Shown here piece after piece: positions 1-11,000 of a DNA stretch of 30,679 nt (the first letter of the stretch is position 1; the number at the start of each line of letters is the position of its first letter). The translations under genes and the position numbers were made by a program. The stretch is from Paraspadella gotoi. Its lineage: Eukaryota > Animalia > Chaetognatha. The stretch is taken from assembly GCA_051294375.1 (NCBI GenBank), contig CM119267.1, positions 21,793,342 through 21,824,020 of the forward strand, given 5' to 3'. A model generated the notes under the pieces. That model was given only the letters and a program-made list of their open reading frames with translations, was not told where the DNA came from and made no database searches.

Positions 1-515
1 CTCGCTCGAGCGCTCGTCCGACCAGCGAAGCGATTTTTCCGTTTTGAGGTCAGAATTTCGGTTCGCGAATTTATTTTTGAGTTGATTTTTCTCATTTTTT
101 CGATTTTCCGTCGAATTGAGGATCCAATGGCGGGAAAAAATTGGGTTGGGGATGGGGGGGGGCGTTAAGAGGGGAGGAGGGTGACTTTCCCTTCGGGGAT
201 GATGGGGGGAAGAGATGAGGGAGAGAAGAGAGCGTGAGGGTGAGTCTCTTTCAAGAGAGGATAAAAGGGTGAGTTTATAGGAGAGAGAGGCTTTGCGAGT
301 GGTTGTGCGTCAACTTTTCAAAAATTATTAGAATTTAAAGAGTTGATTTTTATATGGTTATTCGGTTTTTCACAATAGTATTTTACGGTATAAGTTTTTT
401 TAACTACTATTAGTGGTTTAAAATGGTTTAATCCTTTCGACTAAGACTTTTTCTCCCTCTCTTTTCTTTCTCTTTGGCACAATCGCTCTCCCTCTCTCTC
501 TCTCTCTCTTTCTCT

Positions 516-554
<39 letters not shown>

Positions 555-560
555 CCACAC

Positions 561-639
561 CTTTTCCGCGCAAGTCAGCGGCCGAAGTTCTTCCACTTTT
601 GGAGGAGGACGAATATGAAGTTTCCCGTTTTCGTCGAAC
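561..639 (-). CDS. bves: Probable upstream (extracellular N-terminal) exon of the Popeye gene: (W)FDENGKLHIRPPPKVEELRPLTCAEK
   Basis: Acceptor tttctcttttcatcctag|, donor AAG|gtgtgg, 79 nt, open frame. Phase 2 start fits the 3393 exon end (TG+G=Trp) and phase 0 end fits the 19398 exon. No family motif; assigned by position and phase. Confidence 0.55.
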
Positions 640-1123
640 CTAGGATGAAAAGAGAAATTTATTGGTAAGAGAGGGGGAGGAGAGAGATGATAGAGTGATG
701 GAGAATCCGAGATGAGGAGAAGACGAGGAAGCGAGAGAAGAGAGAGAGAGGGAGAGAAGGACGAAGAGATGAAGAAGACCAAGAGAGAGACGCAGAAGAG
801 AGGAGAGCACGGAATCGATGAGAGAGAGACGAGAGAGATCGAAATGAGAGAGAGGAGAAAGGCAGTTTCGAGTTGAGTGGAGAGAGAGAAGAGAGAGAGA
901 GAGAGGAGAGGAGAGAAAGAGAGAAAGAGAGAGAGAGAGAAGAGAACACTGAACCCTATTCTAAGACACAAAAAATAAAGAGATGAGAAAGCGGAAAAAA
1001 GGATGAAAAAAATAAGAAAAAAGAAAATGAAAGAAGGAAAGAATTGGTTTCTCCTTCCATTTTCGTTGAGTTGGAAAATCGGCAAAGTGTAAACTTCGTT
1101 GACGTCTTTGAATGTAAGCGGGA

Positions 1124-1169
<46 letters not shown>

Positions 1170-1491
1170 GGGAGAGTCGATTAACGAGTTAAGAAAAAAA
1201 AAGGAAAAACAATGAACAAAGAACCAGAAAAAGAAAAGGAGAGAGTAAGCAGAGAAAATGAGAAAGTAAGTTAGAGAAAAGGTGAGGAAAAAAATGGCGA
1301 TTGGGTCGAGATGAACAGATGGAGGAACCGAGGAAACGGGATTAATGTTGTCGAAGGAAAAGGAAAAAAAAGGAGGAAAAAGGAAAAAAAAGAAAGAGAA
1401 AAAAAGGGGAGGTAATAGGAAAGGAACGAGCTGGACGGAATAAAGGGATCATTGAGAAAGAAGGAAAAGGAGAAGGAAAGAAAGGAAGAGA

Positions 1492-1564
1492 GCCCGGTTA
1501 GCTCAGTCGGTAGAGCACAGGACATTTAATCCCGATGTCGTGGGTTCTTGCCCCACATTGGGTC
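1492..1564 (+). pseudogene. tRNA-Lys-derived pseudogene (Lys-CTT-type body, loop now CA-TTT-AA)
   Basis: GCCCGGT TA GCTC AGTCGGTA GAGC A CAGGA CATTTAA TCCCG ATGTC GTGGG TTCTTGC CCCAC ATTGGGT C: 73-nt cloverleaf close to animal tRNA-Lys(CTT). U33 is replaced by A, the T-loop TTCGAGC is changed to TTCTTGC (B-box damaged), the anticodon stem has an A-C mismatch, and no oligo-T terminator follows. Confidence 0.85.
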
Positions 1565-1978
1565 TCACTCTGAAGGTATGTATCTATCTATGGTACGGCT
1601 CTAACTATGCTCTCGGTAGGGAAAAGAGGTAAGTAAGGTGAGGATGTATATTGGTAAAAGGGAAAGAGGTACAGTAGGGGATGAAGAGGAGGGGAGGACC
1701 CGGCGCAACTAAAAAGGTAAACAGAGAGAACGAAAAACTCGAAAAACTAGAAAGAGGTCAAAGCGAAAATAAAACCCGAAAAAGTAATTGCTGAGTTTTC
1801 CCCAAACCCCTCCGACGAAAAAGAAGAAGAATAAGAAGACGACGACGACGACGACCGGAAAATAGACTAATTTGTTTCCTCTTTTTTCGTGAAGAAAAAC
1901 AAAACCAGAGAGAGAAAGAGGCGAAAGTCTAAGAGAAATGGGGGATACAGAGAAAGAATGACAGGAGATCGGAGTTTG

Positions 1979-2041
<63 letters not shown>

Positions 2042-3088
2042 TAGGAGTGAGAGTGATTCAGTTAGTGAGAGAGAGTGAGGAAGAGTCTATCCAACTATGC
2101 GTCCACTGGGGAAAAAATGAGAGAAAATAGAACTTTTAGGTTATAATCTAATTTGCATGTAGTAGTATTTAGTGATTTGGGATTTTTATGCTTAAATATA
2201 TTATTTTATTATTTTTGCAGAAACTATGGCAAACGCTCAATTGATCTTTACTTAGATATTGTTGGGTTTGTGTCTCAGAGAAATTATTATCTGACGCCGA
2301 AAGCGGTCTTGGAGTAGTTTGAATGACATATTCAGAGTTCTAATTGTATAAATTTAAAGCCAAAGAACAGAAGAAAAAGTTTAAATGTAATTTGTCTTTT
2401 AAACGTTAATGTCTTTTGTTTTTATTGAATTTCTATACAAAGTTTAGTTTTCCAGTCATTTTTTAAAAAAATGTAATTTGCCGTCTATTATTCTACTTAT
2501 TTTTTTTATTTTTTTTAAATTTTATCTGTCGAATTTGTTATTTACCGACTTATATTAATGGAATTATGAAATCTTTGTTTGCCAAAAAATTCTAATGAAA
2601 CCAATAATTATTCTCATATAAAGATAATGGATTTACTGCCATAATATTAGACTTTTTTGCCTGTCACTTTCTGGTTTAAAAAATATTCAGAATCCCCCTC
2701 GGTTTGTTAGATTACACTGTTGCCCTGATAAAATCAGCAAAAAAATCGGTATTGATCACATAATCTTCAAGATTATTCCTGACTCATTAATGCTATTATT
2801 TCTATTTTTTATAACTTGACTAAAATCCTTTGCTTTTTAAATAGTTTTATATAAAAAAAAAGAGGAAACCGACGAGGCGAGGACAAATAGAGAGTCGAGG
2901 CTTTGATTGACCGACATCAAAAGGAAATAAAATGAAATGAATTAAAAATGAAATGAAATAGAAAATGAATAAAACTGCGGCGAGCGAAGAACCTTTGAAC
3001 CGATTTAAATCCAGACGTCGATCAAGTTAATGTCTCGCCTACGTACTTTATTTAATATTCACATTTCATTTTAATTATGATTATTCTT

Positions 3089-3090
<2 letters not shown>

Positions 3091-3146
<56 letters not shown>
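3091..3146. repeat. (AG)n microsatellite
   Basis: Pure GA run; one of many (also ~1125-1165, 1985-2038, 5185-5298, 19425-19670, 19972-20070, 20920-21115, 21297-21390). Confidence 0.98.
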
Positions 3147-3148
<2 letters not shown>

Positions 3149-3226
3149 TTTTACTCCTTTTCATTGTCATCAAGAAAATATGATAATCGTTGCTGTCACC
3201 ATCATAATCTTTATCATCATCATAAG

Positions 3227-3241
3227 TATTATTATTATTAA

Positions 3242-3325
<84 letters not shown>

Positions 3326-3343
3326 CATTATTATTATTATTAT
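3227..3343. repeat. (ATT)n microsatellite
   Basis: Near-pure ATT run; source of the poly-I and poly-N ORFs; corrupted copy at ~23840-23972. Confidence 0.98.
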
Positions 3344-3392
3344 CACCGTCGAACCAAAAAAAATAACTCCCGGCCACATCTTCCTTACTCAC

Positions 3393-3480
3393 CAATAGAA
3401 AGGAGATTCGGTTCCGGAACCGGAATTCGGCGCCCAGGTCACGTGACTTCCGTTTTCGGCTAAATCGGCCGCCGCGACAT
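3393..3480 (-). CDS. bves: Probable N-terminal exon of the Popeye gene: (D)VAAADLAENGSHVTWAPNSGSGTESPFY(W)
   Basis: Strong acceptor ttttttttccttctccgccag| and donor TTG|gtgagt, 88 nt, open frame with an NGS N-glycosylation sequon, consistent with the glycosylated extracellular N-terminus of POPDC proteins. Confidence 0.6.
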
Positions 3481-4991
3481 CTGGCGGAGAAGGAAAAAAA
3501 AGGAGGGGAAGGAAAAACAAAATGTCAACGGTCGAACGAAGACCGGAGAAAGGGGGAGAGGAAAGAGAGGGGGGGACTGGGGGGGTGGAGGAGTGAGGAG
3601 AGGGAGATGCGTGGGAGATGCCCATTGAGCAGATGCATAGAAATGATCCTTCTTTTTTTTTCGTCTTCTGTTTTCTTTTCTTATTTCCTATGGCCTTTTC
3701 TCTTTTCTCGAAATAGCTGCTCCGTCTCTGAATTCTGTTCAGTTCTATTCTGACTTTTGAAAACTATTTTAAACATTGCATCTTTAAAGGGAGATCTGAA
3801 TTGACAGTGAGATTGCAAGAGATATTCTGTCTCTTTTTTTTTCGTTTCTTCTATCTCGACACATGGGTAACTCTCCCTTGTACAAACTTCTTATCTTTCT
3901 CTCCCTTGTTCTCTCGCCCTCGGTTCACCCCATCTCGTGTTAACCAAAACAAAAAAAAGAGAGACAAAAATCAGCCTGAAATAGAGTTATTTTTTACCCT
4001 TTCCTCCTCTATTCTTTACCCTTTCCTCCTCCGCTTCTCCCTCTCTTCCCCCCCCCCGACTCTCTTTCTCCCCCTTCTTTCTCCCAAACCTTCTCCTAAA
4101 CTTCCCTATTTTTTTCTTTCCCTTAATCCTTTCCTTTTCTTGTTCTCCTTTTTCTTTATTTGCCTTTTTCTTTTTCTCCGCTTTATTCCTTTCCCTTTCG
4201 TACCCTTTAACCCTTTGTGCCTCGAATTTCCTCCTTTCCATTTTTCCCTTCCCTTCAAGCCGCTTTTCTGTGCCCTTCCCTTTCTACTTTCCCTTGCTTT
4301 TCCCTTTCACCCTTCCTCTCTCCTTTCCCTTTCCCTTTCTTTTCCCCTTCCTCCTTTCCTTTTCCTTTCCTTTCTAATCCCTTCCTTTTTCTTTCACCCT
4401 TCCTCTCTCCCCAAACCATCCCTCCTTACCCTTTCCGACTTTCCCTTCCTTTTTCCTCTTCCTCTTTTTCTTTTCCCATTCTCCTTTCCCTACTCCTCTC
4501 CTCCTCCCGCCCCCCCCACATCCTCTACCCAAACCACAACGACAACAACAGCGCCTCGGCCTAGATTCGACTCCCCTTTTTCGCCCCGCGAGGCTGAATT
4601 ATCAAAGAGAAAAGTCGCGACGAGGATGCGGAACCACGAAATGCGGAGAAGCCCTAGCCGACCGCTGCAGACCGCTGCGGTTTTGACGCGGAGCCTGCCG
4701 CAGCTGCTGAGTGCTGAGGGCGTTGTTAAGTTGGTTGCTGACGTGGAGACAGAATTGCTAATACGCTCGATTCGAAAACCAGTAGAAATCAAATCGAGTC
4801 AAGATGGAGAAAGTGATCGGTTTGTTCGGATAGAAATTCATGTATAAATTGCATTCGAGATTTTCAAATTCTTTTAAAATGACAAAGTTTGTTCAAGATG
4901 ATTGTCTTTCTTAATATTAAAATTCACTTGTTTGTCTTCTCTTTTTCCTTCTCTTTTTAATTTATTTTCTTCTTAGCTTTTCTTAGCTTTT

Positions 4992-5100
4992 CTTTCCTTT
5001 CCTTTCCTTTCCTTTCCTTTCCTTTCCTTTCCTTTCCTTTCCTTTCCTTTCCTTTCCTTTCCTTTCCTTTCCTTTTCTTTCCTTTCCTTTCCTTTCCTTT
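4992..5100. repeat. (CCTTT)n pentanucleotide microsatellite
   Basis: Near-pure CCTTT array; corrupted copy at ~25630-25770. Confidence 0.97.
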
Positions 5101-5179
5101 TCTTGCTTTATTTTCTTCCGCTAAACTATTTTTTCTCCATTTCTCTTTTTTCTCCGTTCGTCTTGGCTCGGGTCCCGAC

Positions 5180-5302
<123 letters not shown>

Positions 5303-5998
5303 AAGACACTGGCTACATTTTCCGTCTGGGAAAAGTCTAACGTTAAGCTCAAAGGATTTCGATAACTGGATATAGATATTTTTACTTCTTCTTTATATCG
5401 TTTTATTTTTTTGTTGCTCATTCCTTGCCACTAGTAATTTTATTATAGTTATTACATTGCCACTAGTAATTTTATTACATTTTGAACGGCCCCCCTTTTT
5501 TGTCATTATTATCATTTTCTTTTTTATGTTCCTTTTCTTTATATGTTTTTTCTTTTTTTCGCAAATGCGTTTTTTTCACTTTTATTAATATTTTTCGTCC
5601 GCCTTTATTCTTTCCACTTTTCTCTCTCTCTCTTTCTCTTTTTTATTTTGATTTGCTTAGATTTCTATTTACGTTTTTCTTACTTTTTCTTTACACTCGC
5701 TCTTTGTTAGATTAATGTTTTCCTTTAAATAAATATTTGCTGATTAAAATTTTTTTAAATATTTTTATTTCTTTGTTTCGTCTCTACTGTTTTTTAGCAG
5801 TAATTTCTTTTCTATCTTTCATGTCTTTCATTTTCTCTCGTTTTTAATTTTTTTTCCGTTGAATATTTTTTTCTTTCTTCTTTCAACATTCGCAGAATTC
5901 TTTCTATTTCTATCACTTCCTTCTTTCTTTCTTTCCGTTCTTTCCTTCTTCCTCTTGATTCTTCATCCCCTCCCAAGGTCGTTTCAAGGTCGAAACCA

Positions 5999-6036
<38 letters not shown>

Positions 6037-6359
6037 GTTAGTATATGAACGTAGGATAAGGGGGGGGGGTTGTCTGGGATTAGGGTAATGAATCAGAGAG
6101 AAAGATTAAAGAAGAGATTGATTTAAAAAATTACCGCACATTATTTTAAAGAACCTATTACTTTAAATTCTTTTCTTGGCTGGAAATACAAGAAAATTAC
6201 GCGAATTACAACCACGACAAACAAATAACGACAAACAACAACTGAACAAAACAAAACAATATATAAAAAATTCTATTTCGTTCACAAACGACGACTATAA
6301 ACTCGGCGACGAAAATCACGACGCTACAACCAAATTTACGACAACATAAACCAAAAAAA

Positions 6360-7207
6360 AAAAATGGCGGCTAAAAGCTTTGGCGAACAATGCGCTGCGC
6401 AAATTGAGAAAAAAAAAAACGAACCGATAAACACTGAACGCCTTCTGGAAACATTCCCTCATGACAAAAGTTCGTGCGTATAAAATCTAGGAAAAAGATC
6501 CAGAAGAAATTTAAGTATTTACTGAAGCCAGAAATTAGAATAAACAATTCATTTCGAGATTGAAAAGGGAAACAAAAAATGTATTGGGAAGTCGCCATTT
6601 GAAATATGAATCTGGGAATTAGAAGGAAGAAGAATGGAAAAGCTGGGGCGGGAAATAGGAGGGAAGTGGAGGAGGAAGAGCGAGGAGAAATAGGAAGCAG
6701 GAAGACTAGGAGAAAGAGAAAAGAAAGGAGAAAGATGGCGGGAGCACGAGCCATTTGCGCGCCGCAGAACTTGTGTTTTCTAAAACCGACGGCCCTTTGT
6801 TTGATTCCGCCGTCAGAGATCGGGACGCCCTCTTTGGCCGCGCGCCGGGCGATTAAGGGCTGCACGCGTGTGACGGCCTGCGGAGAAGCGTGTGCGATGC
6901 AGTGGTTCTGTCCAAAATTTTAAAAGTTCAAAACTTTTGACTTTTAAAAAATTGGACAAAACATAATCTACGCCATCCTAAGAATAGGACCACGCCAACA
7001 AATAACGTCGCCCTTTATCTCTATTTTGGTCCTTTTGGCGTCGAAAAACGGTCGCGCTTCGGGCGGCGAATGTCCGCTGCATCGCAGGACGGCGGCGGCG
7101 GACGCGCGGCGGGCGCGCTGCGGAGGCGACGCCAGGACGGCGGATGACGGATGTTTTCCGAATCCGGCCGCCTGAGCCCGAACCACGAATCCGATAAAAT
7201 CCGGAAC

Positions 7208-7249
<42 letters not shown>

Positions 7250-7350
7250 AGAAGAGAGAGAAGAAGAGAGAAGAGAAATGAACGGAGAGAGAATTTTGTG
7301 ACTTTGACGAAAGCGACGTCAGAACCGCCGCCATAATTTAAAGGGCGCGC
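6360..7350. promoter_or_regulatory. CpG-rich candidate promoter/regulatory region (duplicated at 11812-12802)
   Basis: Densest CpG/GC stretch in the window (6730-6900, 7050-7210); YY1-consensus matches aaaatggcgg (6361) and aagatggcgg (~6732), plus ccgccataat (~7328). Confidence 0.35.
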
Positions 7351-7830
7351 AGAAGAGAGATGAGAGAGAGAGAGAGAGAGAGAGAAGACAGAAGAGAGGA
7401 GAGAGAGAGAGAGAGAGAGAAGAAAGAGAGATAAAGAAGAGAGAGAGAGAGAGAAGAAGCGAGAGCATAGAGTACAATGCTTTCTTTTGTTGCTTCCTTT
7501 TCGCCTCCATTTCCTCTCTTTTCTTTTTTCTCTTATTTTCTCTCTTCTCTTTTTTCTTTTCTTCTCTCTCTCTTTCTTCTTCTTTTCCCACTTTCCTTTA
7601 ACCGCTGCGTCGAGATCGACAGATCAAACAGAAGGGACAGATGGACGACTGTTGGACACTGATGAATTCAGCATCGACTCAGTATACTTTTTATCGCGCA
7701 TTTGAAAAGAGACGAGAAACGATAAGAGACAAAAATAAAAAGGGCAAAAAATAAGGAAAGAAAAAATAAAGGAATAGATAGTTAGAAAAAGGAAAGGAAA
7801 AGGGAAAGAAAGATAAAAAACCCTCTAGTG

Positions 7831-7862
<32 letters not shown>

Positions 7863-8149
7863 ACGGAAAAATAAAACACAGTTAGAGATACCTAATTATA
7901 TTTTGTAAGAGAAAAATAAATCGCCGATCTCATGCCTTAGAAATGCCAATGCTAATAATAAATCCATTTCGCTCTTCTTATCGCCTCGTGTAATTATAGC
8001 TAATTTTGAATTCTCTCTCAGTAAGTATAATATGTAAACCAAATTTCCGCTCTCTCTCTTCTCAAAAATTTCTACATTCGCTAATCGATTCCATTTAGTT
8101 TTCCGTTTTCCAATAACGAATTCATCTTATTCTTCGCCATTTTTTTTTC

Positions 8150-9008
8150 AATTTCGTCCTCCAACATCCCGAACAACGCCCAATCTCGATGCACAACTCG
8201 GCCATCAATGTCCGCTCTCCTCTGTTCAACACATTCCGTCTATCCCGTTTGCTTAATCTCACGGAAAATCCCTTTTCTCGCGGATCGCATCTGTCTGCTC
8301 ACGACTGCTGGCCGTTGCTTCTTTCGGTCCTTTCTTCATTTATTAAGTGCGACGAAAACTTTGTCGAAAGCACGATAGGGCGGAGATATTTAGGCCGGGG
8401 GGCGGGTGGTCTTGAAGATTGGGCAAAGTCGCCTTAGATTTAGAAAAACGATGGATGGTTAGATAATATTGAGGAGAAATGTCTGAAGACATTGAAACGA
8501 CAGACGTGTGTAAGAGAGAGTTTGTGGATAAGGCCTAGGTGGGCTGAGACAGTGCAATCCTAACTTCTTAACCCCCTTCTAGGCAAGCCATGAAACGGAG
8601 TGCTTGGCTTGTTGGAACAGGCTCGAGATTTTCTACGCGGGCTAGGCGGTCCTCACGCTTCCAGCAGAGGTACACGTACACGTACTAATGCCCAAATATT
8701 GCAATACCCGACCAAGTACAACGAAAATCCATCGAAAAGCATTATTTTTAAAAACTAGAAGGCCGGCAAAAGTCAGGCTGTCATTAATTATAAAATTTGT
8801 ATCATTAACATTATTTTCATGTAGCTGCGACCCAAGCATTTGCTGACAAGTAAGTCGTTTGAAAAAGTACGCATGAAAGATGATCCAGTCGAAAGCACTT
8901 GAACAGATGATGTGCTTCTCTTGACAAGATGGTCTTTCCTTCTTGGTTTCATCGACTTTCAAATCCATGAGGTCGCATTCTGGGCTGAGACCAGACCATC
9001 CAAGTTAG
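8150..9008 (+). CDS. Probable BTB/POZ-domain protein gene, at least 3 exons (~8150-8538, 8583-8669, 8825-9008), frame disrupted by indels; start uncertain
   Basis: Normal-complexity island. Consensus with the inverted copy reads FVLQHRQRPISMHNSAINVRSPLFNTF...KVVERWMVDNIEEKCLKTLKRQTCKREFVDKAL|AAMERVLGLEQARDFLRGLGGPHASSR|AATQAFADSKSL...MIQSKALTDDVASLDRWSFLLGFIDFQILEVASGLRPDHPS*. H-x7-SPLF and 'ERWMVDNIEEKC..L' resemble BTB motifs. GT-AG introns at 8539-8582 (44 nt, cctaac branch site) and 8670-8824 are phase-compatible in the consensus. Confidence 0.45.
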
Positions 9009-10099
9009 AGGACGAAGACGACCAAAACGACGACGACGGCGATGACGACGACGAAAACAAGAAAACGAAACCAAGACCGACGACGAATAAGCTGAATGAC
9101 GATGATCAAATAAGTTTATTGAAAATATCAAAACCAAATGAGGCAACATTATTATGAAAAGAAAAGACTTGAAGGTCGATTTAGAACTAACTTAGTTAAT
9201 GTTCACGATTGTGATAGTAACATCGGCAAAGAATTTCTCCAATTCTGTTCTGTTTCAGAATCGCGATGGGAAAAAACTTTATTTTTTTTGTAGTTTTGCC
9301 TAAAAAAATATTAAAAAAAAGTGAGAAAAGTTGCTCCAAATTATGTTGCGTGAAATCCAAAGAACCAAAAAAGTTAGACCAAAGCAGAAAGGGAAACGAA
9401 TAGGAAGAAGAGGAAAGTGTTAAAATCTTTGTTGGTGAGTCGTTTGAAGCGAAATTAAAAAAAATTCACCTTGTCAAGCCACTCTCTTCTCTCTCTCATC
9501 TTCTCTACTCTCTCTCTCTCTACTCTCTCTCTCTCCTCTCTCCTCTCACTCTCTCTCTCACAAAGCAACGGGGACTATGACGAAACGAACCAATAACAAA
9601 CTAAACTCTAAAACATTTAAGAGGTTTAATTATCTGTTTCTGAAAGTTAAACCTTACCAATTCCAGGCCTCCATCCACTTACCTTTCTCTCATCTCTTCT
9701 CTTCTTGACCTCATTTTCTTCCACCCAGTTCTTCAATATTCCATTATCACTCACCGTTTTGCATGTTTCACCAACCCTGTGAGACGCTACCGACAAAGCC
9801 TAATCCAACAAATTCTTTACTTCAATCTCACATCCTGTGATTCCAATACATTCTGCCCTCTCTCTCTCCTCTCTCTCTTCTCTCTCTCTCTTCTCTTCTC
9901 TCTCTCTCTCTCTCTCTCTCTACTCTCTCTCTCTCTCTCTCTCTCTCCTCTCCCTCCCCTCCCCTCTCTCAACGGACATCGAGAAGAGAAAAGTCGAATC
10001 ATAGGAAAATAAAACAAACATTTTTCTCTCTGTATTCTCGTGGCAAAAAGAATTCAAAATCCACCCATTCGTCTCAACCTTAACACCGCACAATCCCAT

Positions 10100-11000
10100 T
10101 GTGCTTTTCCCCTTATCCATTCTCCCCCGTTTTTCCCTTTTTTTTCGCTTTATTGCGCCATTCCCTTTTCCCGTTTCCCCTTTCCCCTTTCCTTTTCCTC
10201 CTTTCCCCTTTTTCCCATTTTCCCATTTCCCATTTTTCCCATTTTCCATTCCCATTTTTCCCATTTTTTTTCCCATTCCCATTTTCATTTTTCATTTTCC
10301 ATTCCCTTTCAGCTTTTCCCCTTTTCCCCATTTCCCTCTTTTCCATTTTATCCCCTTTTCCCGCTGTTTTTCCCCTTTTCTCCCTATTCCCCTTTCTCCC
10401 GTTTTCCCTTTTTTTTTTATCCCCTTTCTCCTTTTCCCTTTTTCCATTTTCCCATTTCCATTTTCCCTCTTTTCCCTTTTTCCCCTCCTCTTTCTCCCTT
10501 TTCCCAGTTTCTCTCTGGTGTTTCGCCGCGTTCTCCCTTTTCCCTTCCCCTTTTCCTGTTTCCCCTTTTCCCCTTAAATTTCCCCTTTTCCGTTTTATCC
10601 CTTTCTCCCTTTTCCCCTTTTCTCTTCCCATGTCTCCCTTTTCCATTTCTCCCTTTTCCATTTCCTTCCCTTTTCTCTTTTTTTCCGCCTTTTCCCCTTT
10701 TTCTCCCTTGTTTCCCCTTTTCCCCATTTCTCCTTTTCAATTTCTCCTTCTATGTCCTGCGTGTTTCCCTTTGTTTTCCCTTTTCCCTTTTTCCCTTTTC
10801 CCTTGCTCCCGTTCGCGACGCGTTTCTCCCTTTTCCCTTCTCCTTTCCCCCCTTTTTCCCATTCTTTTCCCCATTCTCCTTTTCCTTCCTTTTCCCCATT
10901 CTTTACCCTCTTTCCCTTTTCCCCATTTTCCCCTTTCCTCTTTCTTCCCTTTCCCATATTCTCCCGTTTTTCCCCTTTTCTCCTTTTTCCTCATTCCCCC
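10100..11000. repeat. Degenerate (TTTTCCC)-type polypyrimidine satellite (also ~15545-16392 and inverted at ~27050-27970)
   Basis: About 900 bp of alternating T and C runs; produces the long F/P/S and G/K/R ORFs in all frames. Confidence 0.95.

Noticed and set aside
574-664. Plus-strand exon with donor TTG|gtaaga and a neuropeptide-like RMKR site
   Set aside because: The two copies disagree on frame and acceptor; the minus-strand reading has clean splice sites and fits the Popeye exon chain.
3081-3398. Poly-N and poly-I ORFs
   Set aside because: Translations of the (ATT)n and (AG)n microsatellites.
3636-3648. GGATCATTTCTAT on the minus strand, resembling U3 snoRNA box A
   Set aside because: Only 13 nt, no other U3 boxes, and the second copy reads GGATCATTGCTAT.
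6371-6923. Overlapping 164-aa (minus) and 105-aa (plus) ORFs in the GC-rich block
   Set aside because: No recognisable motif or splice support, and partly low complexity.
7659-7720. CTGATGA as a hammerhead ribozyme core or C/D snoRNA box C
   Set aside because: No stem II followed by GAAA and no suitably placed box D with a terminal stem.
8642-8968. Minus-strand 108-aa ORF MDLKVDETKKERPSCQEK...
   Set aside because: Frame not preserved in the inverted copy and it crosses the predicted plus-strand intron; likely an antisense shadow.
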